Of a stretch of DNA of 64,000 nucleotides, positions 43,864 through 53,530 are shown piece by piece. This DNA is from an uncultured delta proteobacterium. Its GTDB lineage: Bacteria > Desulfobacterota > Desulfuromonadia > Geobacterales > Pseudopelobacteraceae. Each line of letters begins with the position of its first letter. Positions within the stretch are counted from its first letter, which is position 1. The notes beneath the pieces were generated by a model that saw only the letters and a list, made by a program, of their open reading frames with translations, did not search any database and was not told the origin of the DNA. The stretch lies in NCBI GenBank assembly GCA_963772835.1, contig CAVYYZ010000009.1, positions 1-64,000 of the forward strand. The letters run 5' to 3'. The position numbers and the translations under genes are program-made.

Positions 43864-44340
43864 CTATCTGTGGCACGCGACGCAGCGTTCGTTGTTGGCC
43901 CTGCCGTGGCAGCGATAACAGCTGGCAGGGTCAAGTTTTCCTTCAATCTTGTGCATGGTCATAAAGTTGCCGCGATGCTGCATTTCACGGTCGGGACGGT
44001 TGCCGTATTTTATGGACGGCTTCATTTCAACCTGGTTGGTGTGGCAGTCGTTGCAGAAGGAGCTTTTATGACAGGTGGAGCAGAGGCGGTCATCTGACGC
44101 GGCGTAGAAACGGTGGTTTTTGACGAACGATCGTGTGTGGCTGAATGAGTTGAAGGCCTTCATGGTACCCTTCTGCTGGTCTTCATGACATTCGGCACAA
44201 TTCACCTGCTGTCCGACCGCCAGCGCTTCCGGATGGGAGGCGGGGAGGCCGGGAACCGTTTTCATCTGCGCGCAGGAGGCGAATATGCCAATGAACCCTG
44301 CGACTGCAAGGAGTGGGAGCATCAGTGTTCTGTTTTTCAT
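43864..44340 (-). CDS. Pentaheme c-type cytochrome lipoprotein, ExtC-like
   Basis: Lipobox FASC; CAECH, CSTCH, CNDCH, CYRCH, CVACH. Confidence 0.92.
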   Translation of the reverse strand: MKNRTLMLPLLAVAGFIGIFASCAQMKTVPGLPASHPEALAVGQQVNCAECHEDQQKGTMKAFNSFSHTRSFVKNHRFYAASDDRLCSTCHKSSFCNDCHTNQVEMKPSIKYGNRPDREMQHRGNFMTMHKIEGKLDPASCYRCHGRANNERCVACHR

Positions 44341-45653
44341 TTCTTCCCTCCAATGCCGGTGAACGTCATGTTGTAGGTCAAGCGGAGAAGTGCTCTGACT
44401 TCTTCGGTAAATTGGGGGTTTCTGCCGTAACTGAGGTCGCCCGACAGTGCCAGGGCGGGGGTGATGTGATAGCCGAGTGAGGTGGTTGCTTCCCAGGCGC
44501 TGCTTTTGTTGTAGATTTTCTCTTTGAAGAAGTCGCCCAGGATGTCGATGGCGCCAAAGTAGCTCTTGGTGTCACGCATGACGTAGCAACGTATTTCGTG
44601 GTAGGAGGCTGATACGTCGGGCGTAATGGCGAAGCCCTGCCCGGCATTCAGGTAGTGATAGCCGATGCCGCCGCGGATGGTGTTGTCTTTGTAGTTGACG
44701 CGGGTATCCAGGCCGTAGCGTGAAGCGCTGCCGAATTCGCGGGTGTAGCGTTTGTAGTCGGCGGCTATGTCAAGGCCTGTATCGACTTGATAGGAGGCGA
44801 TCAGGCCGGCCGAACTGGAGTTGTCGGTGGGTTTGATGGCGGAGGCGGAGAACATGGTCCAGGTGTACAGGGCGCTGGTTTCGAGGTACTGGTTGAATTC
44901 TCCTGTCAGTACCAGCTGTCGGACCGGTTTGATGTTAAGCAGGTAGGAGTGCTCGGCGAACTGCTTGGTTTCTGTGTTGTAGCTGCTGTGCCCGAGTATG
45001 TCGAGTGCGTTGACGGGGGTGATCCAGATGTCGGCTCCTGCCCTGCGGTAGTTCGTGGCGGTGTGGGTGACAAGCGTCGGGGCGTCGGTTTCGTAGACTC
45101 CTGAGAGTCCGACTTCAAGAAGGCCTTTGTATCGATAGTTGACGCGCCCTCCATAGCTGGCATCTCCCTTGCCGTCGCTGTTTTCACCGCTGATATTGGT
45201 CGTGTGGACGGTTGCACCGCCGAAGGCTGACAGGCCAAAGCCCATCGGCAGGTCGGTGCGGGCGCTGAGACCGTCGATCTGCTCATTGACGATGCCTTCG
45301 TGGATAAATTGCCGTCCGACGCGGAGCTGTGCGCTTGTCTGGGCGAAGCGGTACTGAAGGTAGCCGTAGGTGATGCTTCCGGTGGTTGTGTCGTTGTTGT
45401 AGCTCTTGTCGGCCAGGTCGGTACGCCCCCATCCGTAAAAGTGGAGGGAAAGGTTGCCGTCGGCCAGTTTGTCGGCAGTCAGGCCGAGAAACTGAGTCGC
45501 CGGGAGAAGGGTCTCCTTCGGAGTGCCGGTAACGTCACGCTTGCCGAAACCGAACAGGGTGCTGGAGTCAATGGTTACGTCTGCCGCCAGAGCAGCGACG
45601 GGAATCGTGAAAAGTGAGGCTGCGCAGAACAACGTGCAACAGGTCTTTTTCAT
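44337..45653 (-). CDS. Outer-membrane beta-barrel of a porin-cytochrome conduit (ExtB-like)
   Basis: Signal peptide ..ALAA; alternating Tyr/Gly-rich strands; terminal LLRLTYNM strand; stop overlaps the cytochrome start; AGGAG RBS. Confidence 0.8.
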   Translation of the reverse strand: MKKTCCTLFCAASLFTIPVAALAADVTIDSSTLFGFGKRDVTGTPKETLLPATQFLGLTADKLADGNLSLHFYGWGRTDLADKSYNNDTTTGSITYGYLQYRFAQTSAQLRVGRQFIHEGIVNEQIDGLSARTDLPMGFGLSAFGGATVHTTNISGENSDGKGDASYGGRVNYRYKGLLEVGLSGVYETDAPTLVTHTATNYRRAGADIWITPVNALDILGHSSYNTETKQFAEHSYLLNIKPVRQLVLTGEFNQYLETSALYTWTMFSASAIKPTDNSSSAGLIASYQVDTGLDIAADYKRYTREFGSASRYGLDTRVNYKDNTIRGGIGYHYLNAGQGFAITPDVSASYHEIRCYVMRDTKSYFGAIDILGDFFKEKIYNKSSAWEATTSLGYHITPALALSGDLSYGRNPQFTEEVRALLRLTYNMTFTGIGGKK

Positions 45654-45793
45654 TAGGCTGGCTCCTGTACTAATTGTGTGAGGATTGAACAAACTGAGTC
45701 GCAAGATAAAACTGTATTCCAGAGTAATCAAACGCAAAGGCTGCAAACGCCCTCTTTATCTTCTTGACACATTTCTCAAGGCTCCAAATACTG

Positions 45794-45808
45794 GCAACAA
45801 GTGTGCCA
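45794..45808 (-). promoter_or_regulatory. Putative sigma54 -24/-12 promoter
   Basis: TGGCAC-ACTTG-TTGC on the minus strand, ~140 nt upstream of the porin ATG. Confidence 0.6.
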
Positions 45809-46055
45809 GATAAGACTGGCTGATTTATTCAGACTACTGTCTTGTTTTACAGGGTAAAATAAAGAGCACGCACTCGAAAAGTGGTAGAAAACCTTCATCA
45901 CAATCCGTCATATCCAACACAACTGTCATATATAGCAGGTTGCTTTAAATAATTTTTTCGTGCCTTACACCAAATACGTTCTTTCATTGAGTCTGTGATG
46001 CGGGAATAGGCTGATGTTCAGACATAAAACGTCTTCCCGGAATGCAAACAGTACA

Positions 46056-46104
46056 AAATAAAAAGCCGGGTTGCCAAAAATTGAACATTTTCGGCAACCC
46101 GGCT
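46056..46104 (-). terminator. Riboswitch expression-platform terminator
   Basis: AGCCGGGTTGCC...GGCAACCCGGCT-TTTTATTTT; 5' arm overlaps the aptamer 3' half. Confidence 0.85.
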
Positions 46105-46165
46105 GTCTCAGTGAGACCCTATAGGCTTTCCGCCCCATCCTCGCGAATGGTTTAGTATTATCGTT
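46088..46165 (-). promoter_or_regulatory. GEMM-I (c-di-GMP-I family) riboswitch, A20 variant predicted to sense 3',3'-c-AMP-GMP
   Basis: CGATAATACTAAACCATTCGCGAGGATGGGGCGGAAAGCCTATAGGGTCTCACTGAGACAGCCGGGTTGCCGAAA, matching the Geobacter GEMM-I pattern. Confidence 0.93.
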
Positions 46166-46197
46166 TATTTGTACAACTGTATTTTATTGTGAAAATT

Positions 46198-46225
46198 AAT
46201 ATATTAAATCGTGACCTATTGTCAA
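46198..46225 (-). promoter_or_regulatory. Putative sigma70 promoter for the riboswitch leader
   Basis: TTGACA-16 nt-TATATT about 35 nt upstream of the aptamer. Confidence 0.55.
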
Positions 46226-46293
46226 GCCCGTTTTTTACAGGCAGCCTTCTTTGCCGGCCGGCAGCACGGCCATACCGACCGGCATGACTACCG

Positions 46294-47847
46294 TCAGACC
46301 GCATCAATCAAACGTTTCTGTTTGTTATTCAATCGATTGAGCGCATGAATGTATGCCTTGGCAGAAGCTACAATAATATCAGTCGAAGAGCCCTTGCCGA
46401 CAACGGTATGAGCACCTTCGTTCACCCGCACCGTTACTTCGCCCTGGGCGTCTGTACCACCGGTAATGGAGCCAACATTATACTGGGTCAGCTTTGCCTT
46501 TGACTTGGTCAGCTTTTTAATGGCTTTAAACGCCGAGTCAACCGGCCCGTCTCCCATCTCTGCAGTACGCACCGTTACTCCGTTGACTTCCATCTGGACC
46601 GTCGCCGTTGCCACGGCAAAAGAACCGCAGGTTACAGTGACATGATCCAGTTTGTACTGATCTTCTTCCCGAACTTCATCAGAGACAATGGCATCGAGAT
46701 CTTCATCAAAAATTTCTTTCTTCAGATCAGCCAGATCCTTGAACCGGTCAAAGGCGCGATTGAGCTTGCCGTCATCCAGATCATATCCAAGTTCATCCAG
46801 CCTCTTTTTGAAGGCGTGCCGCCCGGAATGCTTGCCCAGTACCAGCGCACTGGAAAGAAGGCCGACTGATTCAGGAGTCATGATTTCGTAGGTGGTCTTT
46901 TCCATCATCATGCCGTGCTGGTGGATACCTGCCTCATGGGCAAATGCGTTCGCTCCGACGATTGATTTATTCGGCTGCACGGCAATACCGGTGACCTGCG
47001 TCAATAGACGGCTGGCCGGCGTAAGCTGCTCTGATACAACATTGGTTGCAAAGGGGAGAATGTCGCGCCTGGTTTTCAGAATCATGACAAATTCTTCCAG
47101 TGAACAGTTACCGGCCCGCTCACCGATGCCGTTTATCGTACACTCCACCTGACCTGCACCGGCCTGTATTGCTGAAATCGAGTTGGCCACCGACAACCCC
47201 AGATCGTTGTGACAGTGAACTGAAATAATCGCATTATCGATATTTGGCACGTTGTCCTTGAGGTATTTAATGATGTTGAAATACTCGAACGGGATTGTGT
47301 AGCCAACCGTATCCGGAATATTGACAGTCGTTGCACCGGCCGCGATCACGGCTTCAACCACTTCGGCAAGGAACGGCAGACGGGTGCGGACGGCATCTTC
47401 ACAGGAAAATTCAACATTCGGGGTATACGAAGCGGCACGTTTGACCGCCTTAACGGCTGCGGCAAGGACTTTGGCCGGTTCCATCTGCAACTTGTATTTC
47501 ATATGAATGTCTGAGGTCGCAATAAATGTGTGTATACGTCCTTTCTCACCCGCAAATTTCAGGGCCTCCCAGGCACGATCGATATCTTTTTCACTTGAAC
47601 GGCACAGTCCCGCAATTTCCGGGCCTTTGATTGTCTGTGCAATCTTTTTTACCGCTTCGAAATCCCCTTCAGAGGCAATCGGAAAACCGGCTTCAATGAC
47701 ATCGACATTCAGTTTCTGCAGCTGACGTGCGATGCGCAGCTTTTCCTCAATGTTCATGCTGTTACCCGGTGCCTGTTCACCATCTCTCAGCGTCGTATCA
47801 AAAATTCTGATAATCTTGCGGTCATCCTTTTTCGCAGCCTTTGCCAT
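46294..47847 (-). CDS. leuA: 2-isopropylmalate synthase
   Basis: FDTTLRDGEQAPG, IEAGFP, HCHNDLG, GIGERAGN, HEAGIHQHG, regulatory domain GDGPVD. Confidence 0.97.
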   Translation of the reverse strand: MAKAAKKDDRKIIRIFDTTLRDGEQAPGNSMNIEEKLRIARQLQKLNVDVIEAGFPIASEGDFEAVKKIAQTIKGPEIAGLCRSSEKDIDRAWEALKFAGEKGRIHTFIATSDIHMKYKLQMEPAKVLAAAVKAVKRAASYTPNVEFSCEDAVRTRLPFLAEVVEAVIAAGATTVNIPDTVGYTIPFEYFNIIKYLKDNVPNIDNAIISVHCHNDLGLSVANSISAIQAGAGQVECTINGIGERAGNCSLEEFVMILKTRRDILPFATNVVSEQLTPASRLLTQVTGIAVQPNKSIVGANAFAHEAGIHQHGMMMEKTTYEIMTPESVGLLSSALVLGKHSGRHAFKKRLDELGYDLDDGKLNRAFDRFKDLADLKKEIFDEDLDAIVSDEVREEDQYKLDHVTVTCGSFAVATATVQMEVNGVTVRTAEMGDGPVDSAFKAIKKLTKSKAKLTQYNVGSITGGTDAQGEVTVRVNEGAHTVVGKGSSTDIIVASAKAYIHALNRLNNKQKRLIDAV

Positions 47848-47911
47848 TGTGAATCTCCTTTCAGTATCCTGCGTCTGAGCGCGGTTCTCGTAATAAATCA
47901 TTCAACCCGTA

Positions 47912-48148
47912 AACAAAAAAAACCTCCGCCCCATATTTGGGGCAGAGGTTATAAACCGTCCGCGGTACCACCCAATTCGCCCGTAACACACCGGGCCTTC
48001 TACACCTTTAACGCAGGCTCACGACTCTGACTACCAAGATCACCAGAGCGGCTCCAAGGCGAGTTCACCACAATGCCTACCGGTTCGCACCAACCACCGG
48101 CTCTCTGAAAAGCATGTAAATGGTTACTACTCCTCTTCATTGCCTTTA
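47912..48148 (-). promoter_or_regulatory. T-box riboswitch with Leu (CUC) specifier and terminator
   Basis: Stem I AGTA, AGAGA and GGTGCGAA motifs; GAA-CTC specifier at 48061-48063; T-box AATTGGGTGGTACCGCG at 47961-47977; terminator AACCTCTGCCCCA..TGGGGCGGAGGTT-T run. Confidence 0.92.
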
Positions 48149-48208
48149 CATATTTTGTGCATAGTAGAAAAAACAGCCCCTTAAAGTCAAGGGTTTTCAA
48201 AACAAACT

Positions 48209-48805
48209 CTATTTCGAATGTTTCGCAAGATACGAAGCAACACCCTCTTTGGTCGGTTTCATCGCTTCCTCACCCTGCTTCCAGTTTGCTGGACAAACTT
48301 CGCCGTGCGTGTCAGAAAACTGGACTGCATCCACCATGCGAAGGGCTTCGTCAACACTTCTGCCGAGCGGCAGGTCGTTAATTACACAGTGGCGAACCTT
48401 TCCGGTAGGATCGATCAGGAACAGACCGCGCAATGCAACAGAACCTCCGAAGAGGATCCCGTACGATTTAGCAATTTCCTTGTTCAGGTCCTGAACGAGC
48501 GGATACTGGATATTGCCAATCCCGCCGTTCTCAATAGCAGTATTCTTCCAGGCAAGATGAGTGAATTTCGAGTCAACAGAAACACCGATGATTTCACAGT
48601 TTCTGGTTTTGAACTCGGTAACTTTTTTGTTGAAAGCCAGGATTTCCGACGGGCAGACAAAAGTGAAGTCGAGAGGATAGAAAAACAGAAGGACATATTT
48701 CCCCTTGAGGGCCGAAAGGGTTACGGAACCGAAGCTGTTGTCCGGCATAACTGCCTCTGCGGTAAAATCAGGTGCTTGCTGGGTTACGAGAGTTGTAAGA
48801 CACAT
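48209..48805 (-). CDS. 2-Cys peroxiredoxin (AhpC/TSA)
   Basis: FFYPLDFTFVCPSE and GEVCPANW. Confidence 0.96.
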   Translation of the reverse strand: MCLTTLVTQQAPDFTAEAVMPDNSFGSVTLSALKGKYVLLFFYPLDFTFVCPSEILAFNKKVTEFKTRNCEIIGVSVDSKFTHLAWKNTAIENGGIGNIQYPLVQDLNKEIAKSYGILFGGSVALRGLFLIDPTGKVRHCVINDLPLGRSVDEALRMVDAVQFSDTHGEVCPANWKQGEEAMKPTKEGVASYLAKHSK

Positions 48806-49398
48806 AGGGAGATCTCCTTAGAATTAAATGTAAAAGCTTATTCTTGTTTAATACCAGTCGATCTTATTCTTGTCAATAGGATAAAAATAGTCCTTTAGTC
48901 TTTTTTTGCTTTTTGATGTGCTGTTGAATGACAAAGATGACCAACAATTGGAGGCGTCGCCAAAATCTTAAGAATGACATCCCGCATGCTGGGTTCTGAT
49001 TATTTCAGCTGCCGAATGCAAACATAGTCAGGATGCGGTACCAGTTCAAGCTTTACATAGCGATTCCATTTAAAGCCCGTTTTCTGCTTTTCTTCCATTG
49101 CCACACCGCCCGACACAAAAATAACAGTAGAACTCCATGACACTAAAAACTCATGAACTGTCGGGACAATTTGTATCCTCTGGCTTGTAATCCACATTCG
49201 CTTTCCGCACATGCAAAAGACATAATCGCACGTTTTTAAATACTGTATTGCACGAGTAAGCACACATATGATTTCAAGATCTGGCTTATGCTTCAAGTGC
49301 CAGTATTACCCCGCGAATTTTCATAACATTTACCCGACCGCAATATGTATGTAACGTGACGATGCTAAGATGCCTTCCAATCAACTTTGGGAGGGTAT

Positions 49399-50475
49399 AT
49401 GAGCGACAAGTCGACAAAACTTCGTGTAGTGAAGGACAATCGTCATGTAGTAACTGCGATTACAGCGGCTGCAGGATTTATGCGGAGCATCTCCATCAAA
49501 CGCTTTGCTCCAGAATTTCGTCGTCACGAATTCGACATTATTGAGCGGAATAAAGACTCTCATCGAACTCGTTGTCAGATCTTCCGGGAAAAAGGTGCCG
49601 GCAATGTACCAACAATCGTGCTGGGTGGTTTTGTTCCGGACGCGACAGAAACTGTCGAGTTTCAACGCAAACTGCTGCGCCAGCATGGTTCGATCTATTA
49701 TGTAAACTACGGACTTAATGGTTTTTGCCGGGAGATGTTTACTGCCCAGCTTACGGACCTGATCGAGTCACTGGCATTAAAGGGGCAAAAACCCTTGATA
49801 ATGGCCGTCAGTTTTGGATGTGGACTGCTCTCCAACTTCCTGCAGCATGCTGGTGAACGGGTACATGAAAACGTCAGGGGCCTCATACTGGTAAGCCCTG
49901 TCATCACAACCGACGACCTGATCAGGCCAGCCGCACAGAAACGTGACGGCATACGGATATTGGAAAGCAATCTCAAGAAAATTGTGGCCGCCGAACCGAA
50001 TAATGAAACGGATATTTCCAAACACATCGAGCGTTCCAGGCGCTGTTTTCAGGCTCTTTTCAATTCCGGCGCAGAGAACCGGGTACTGAATGTCCGCCAC
50101 CTTGCAATCAGAAAAAAAATTAACGATGTCATCGAGTACACGTCTGCCCGCGGGGGATTTGAAAGGGTAATTGCTCTGCGGGACTTCAGGTTTCCGTTAT
50201 TCTCCAGAACACTCTTTTCCGGCCCGGTATTGACGCTCCTGGCCGAAAATGAATCCGATATTCTGGTGCCATCATCACCGACGTTAAAGTTATTCAGCGA
50301 AGCTTCACTGTACAGCAGGATACTTCCATCCTGTCTGGTAAAGTCCGTACGATCTGGCAGAGCGGGCGACGGAGTAGCTCATGCTTCGCTCATTTTCCAT
50401 CATGAAGCTTACAACACACTGCTGGAAGGATGGTACAACAAGCTCCTGTATCCGAATCTGAAGCTGGCGGTTTAG
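49399..50475 (+). CDS. Alpha/beta-hydrolase-fold protein of unknown function
   Basis: VLGGFVPD, nucleophile elbow AVSFGC, GLILVSP, ESDILVP, AHASL; GGAGG RBS. Confidence 0.75.
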   Translation: MSDKSTKLRVVKDNRHVVTAITAAAGFMRSISIKRFAPEFRRHEFDIIERNKDSHRTRCQIFREKGAGNVPTIVLGGFVPDATETVEFQRKLLRQHGSIYYVNYGLNGFCREMFTAQLTDLIESLALKGQKPLIMAVSFGCGLLSNFLQHAGERVHENVRGLILVSPVITTDDLIRPAAQKRDGIRILESNLKKIVAAEPNNETDISKHIERSRRCFQALFNSGAENRVLNVRHLAIRKKINDVIEYTSARGGFERVIALRDFRFPLFSRTLFSGPVLTLLAENESDILVPSSPTLKLFSEASLYSRILPSCLVKSVRSGRAGDGVAHASLIFHHEAYNTLLEGWYNKLLYPNLKLAV

Positions 50476-52080
50476 ATGGGAATTCTGGCAGGAATACAGA
50501 ACACCGGGATAGTGCAACGGCTGCTGCGATCTAAGGCTGTTACGCGGGCAGATCAATTTAACCGGCAGGATCCGCTGGACGCACAGCGGCGGATATTTCG
50601 GGAATTACTTGAAACGGCGGCGACAACAAAGTTCGGCAGGGATAATATCTTTGTGCGTGTGCGCGGAATATCGTTTGAAATTGCGTATGATTACTTCAAA
50701 AGTCGTGTGCCGATCCGTTCCTATCATGAATTTATGAGGGATTATAGCTATCTGAATCAGCCGAACTCATCTAACGGACGATTGTTTCCTAACCTGGATA
50801 ACATAACCTGGCCTGGCACCATCAAGATGTTCTGCGAAACGTCCGGGACGACGGCGCCGACCAAATTCATCCCCTTCTCGGCACAGATGTTTGCCGAGAA
50901 CCGCCGGGCGGCCCTCGACATGATGTCGTGCTATCTGGCCGCCAATCCTGAATCAAAGATACTACACGGTAAAATCCTCTACATGTCCGGCTCTACCCGT
51001 CTAACCAAAGTCAGGCGTGGCGTATGGGCCGGCGACATGAGCGCTCTCACACTCCGTTACCGCCCCTGGTACCTGACGTCGTTCGTCGAACCGGGTGCGA
51101 AGATATCAGCTCTGCCATGGGAGGATAAACTGGAGGCCATGGCGGACCTGCTGTTGCGTGACGACCGCATACGCGTTATCTCCGGTGTGCCCCCATGGAT
51201 CATCCTGTTACTGAAACGTTGCGTGAAGATAGGCGGCAGGCCGCTTACAGAACTGTTGCCGAATCTTGAGTTGATCATTCATGGCGGCACCAGCATTTTG
51301 CCTTATCGCAAAGAATTTGAAAGCCTTTTTGATGGCAGATTGCCACATCTGCTGGAGCTGCTTCCCTCGTCCGAAGCCTTCATGGCTTTCCAGCAGTCAG
51401 GTGAAACGCAGATGCGTTTCACCCCGTATTATGGTGTTTTTTTCGAGTTTGTCCGATTTGAAGATTTGGACGACCAGGGCAAACCAGCAGCTTTTGCTCC
51501 TGCCATACCTCTCGAGAAGGTTGAAGTCGGCCAGCGATATGCTGTCATTCTCAGTACATGCTCGGGACTGTGGCGCTACCACATTGGCGACACAATCCGC
51601 TTCACTTCCACATCACCTCATTTCATTGAATTTACCGGAAGAGACCGCTTTCTGGATAAACTGGAAGAGAAGGTAACGCAGGAAGAGGTAGAGCAGGCAG
51701 TTGCCAATCTCAACAGAAACGGCCGCTGGAGTGTGCGCGAGTTTATGGTTGGTACAGACACCCGGTCCCGGCGACATCGGTGGGTCCTGGCTGTTCAGAA
51801 CGACATGGATGTTGATGTCGCCGCAAAGACACTGGACGATACCTTGCGCAGCCTGAACGCAGACTATGCTGCATTCAGAAACCAGGGCCGCATCAACTCA
51901 CCGGATGTGATGTGTGTGCCGGAAGACGGCATCTACCGATGGTCACAGGCGGAACGCGGTAAACTGGGCGGACAGACCAAGATACCGCACATCGATCCGA
52001 CCCCTGATTCCTCCATGATCGCAAGTTTGTATGACTTCCATTCACCGGAATGCACGTTAGAGCCATTGCATTGTTTGTAA
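50476..52080 (+). CDS. GH3 family acyl-acid amido synthetase-like protein
   Basis: T.FGRD, VPIRSY, ETSGTT..TKFIP, ISGVPPW, PNLELIIHGG, SSEAF, GLWRYHIGD, GGQTKIPH. Confidence 0.9.
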   Translation: MGILAGIQNTGIVQRLLRSKAVTRADQFNRQDPLDAQRRIFRELLETAATTKFGRDNIFVRVRGISFEIAYDYFKSRVPIRSYHEFMRDYSYLNQPNSSNGRLFPNLDNITWPGTIKMFCETSGTTAPTKFIPFSAQMFAENRRAALDMMSCYLAANPESKILHGKILYMSGSTRLTKVRRGVWAGDMSALTLRYRPWYLTSFVEPGAKISALPWEDKLEAMADLLLRDDRIRVISGVPPWIILLLKRCVKIGGRPLTELLPNLELIIHGGTSILPYRKEFESLFDGRLPHLLELLPSSEAFMAFQQSGETQMRFTPYYGVFFEFVRFEDLDDQGKPAAFAPAIPLEKVEVGQRYAVILSTCSGLWRYHIGDTIRFTSTSPHFIEFTGRDRFLDKLEEKVTQEEVEQAVANLNRNGRWSVREFMVGTDTRSRRHRWVLAVQNDMDVDVAAKTLDDTLRSLNADYAAFRNQGRINSPDVMCVPEDGIYRWSQAERGKLGGQTKIPHIDPTPDSSMIASLYDFHSPECTLEPLHCL

Positions 52081-52126
52081 AGTAATTTATAATTTCTGCA
52101 TTACCACAATCAATATGGAGGGTACT

Positions 52127-52645
52127 ATGATTCTGTATGTAATGCGGCACGCTGAAGCGGTAGAGGGAAGCGACACGTTGCAGGATGAGTGGCGTTATCT
52201 TACTGAAAAAGGCAGGGTAGCGGCGAAAAAAACCTGTGCTGCAATTGCCAGGATCGGTCCCAAACCGCGGATGACCATTACCAGTCCCCTGACCCGGGCG
52301 GTACAGACAGCAGAGATCGCCGCCGGACAGGCCTGCCGGAAAAACGTCGTCGTTGCAAGCGTCCTGCTCCTGCCGGGAGCTGATATCGACAAACTGGTTA
52401 CACATTTGAAGGGGTGCAAGGATGCCAAACGCGTCATGCTGGTTGGTCATGAACCCCAGCTTGGTGAATTGGTTGCGACGTTGCTTGGTCGTGATGAGGC
52501 GGTATCGCTCAAAAAAGGTGCCTGTGTGACGTTGAAACTGAATCCGGACTCCGACAATAGAGAGGCCGTATTTCTCAGTTATCTGGCTCCTGGCAAGAAG
52601 AGAACCACGTCCTTCAAAAAAGCTTTTGCACAAGCCGCTTCCTGA
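52127..52645 (+). CDS. sixA: Phosphohistidine phosphatase SixA-like
   Basis: LYVMRHAEA, R.LTEKG, TSPLTRAVQTA, LVGHEP, LKKG. Confidence 0.9.
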   Translation: MILYVMRHAEAVEGSDTLQDEWRYLTEKGRVAAKKTCAAIARIGPKPRMTITSPLTRAVQTAEIAAGQACRKNVVVASVLLLPGADIDKLVTHLKGCKDAKRVMLVGHEPQLGELVATLLGRDEAVSLKKGACVTLKLNPDSDNREAVFLSYLAPGKKRTTSFKKAFAQAAS

Positions 52646-52649
52646 ACTG

Positions 52650-53522
52650 ATGCCGCAAAAACCTGTACGTTTATGGCCTGATTCGGCAACCATTCTGGAG
52701 CGCTCCCGGGCTGTTTTCTTTGCACGATGGGGAGAGTTGCTTCAATTAAGACGCGCGGTCATAAAATCATCCAACCTGGATGACATCCATGACCTGCGGA
52801 TTGCATCGCGCCGTTTCAGAGCTGTACTGGAGCTCTTTTATCCGTTTCTGCCGAAAGGCCCAAGGGCCGAACTGCGGAGACACGTCCGAAAACTGACACA
52901 GGTTCTGGGCGGTCTGCGCAATATAGATGAGGCGGTACTTTTCTTTCAGGCGCGAGTCAAGGCTGATGTTTCAGCCGATACGACATTGATGAAAGCGCTT
53001 TCCAGTTTGCGTCCCGGAGAATTGAAGCGGATAGAAAAGATACTCAAACATTTCGATCACCGCACTCTTGACCGGATGGTGCGGGAGATGGTTTCAGAAG
53101 TGAATGAGCTGTCCATCACTCAGCGGAACAGTGTCTCTCTTCTGGCATATTTCTCCGATGTGTCAATCAGGCAGTACCTGCCGGTTCACCGGTTGCTTGC
53201 CGTTGCTGTTGCGCCCCGGCATCGTACATCACGCCACGCCCTGCGGATTGCGATAAAAAAATGGCGCTATTTTTTCGAGATTATCGAAACGATCCTGGAC
53301 CGGGAATACACCCCGGTTCTGGAACTGCTCAAAGAATACCAGTCGATCCTGGGAAGGATGAATGATATTTCCGAGTTTGAGCTGCTGCTCCGTAACCTGA
53401 AACTGACTCCGGATGAGCGAGAGTACGCTGAAGGGATCCTTCTGTCAGAAGATGCTCTCTTACTGGAGAGCTTTACAGAACTTAAAGAGCGAAAACCGCT
53501 TACCTACACATTCCTGATATAA
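52650..53522 (+). CDS. CHAD domain (polyphosphate-binding) protein
   Basis: IHDLRIASRRFRA, LGGLRNID, HALRIAIKKWRY, Q.ILGRMND. Confidence 0.92.
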   Translation: MPQKPVRLWPDSATILERSRAVFFARWGELLQLRRAVIKSSNLDDIHDLRIASRRFRAVLELFYPFLPKGPRAELRRHVRKLTQVLGGLRNIDEAVLFFQARVKADVSADTTLMKALSSLRPGELKRIEKILKHFDHRTLDRMVREMVSEVNELSITQRNSVSLLAYFSDVSIRQYLPVHRLLAVAVAPRHRTSRHALRIAIKKWRYFFEIIETILDREYTPVLELLKEYQSILGRMNDISEFELLLRNLKLTPDEREYAEGILLSEDALLLESFTELKERKPLTYTFLI

Positions 53523-53530
53523 GAGGACAC

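Noticed and set aside
49000..49098. 32-aa small ORF MEEKQKTGFKWNRYVKLELVPHPDYVCIRQLK
   Set aside because: Weak RBS and no recognisable family; needs conservation evidence
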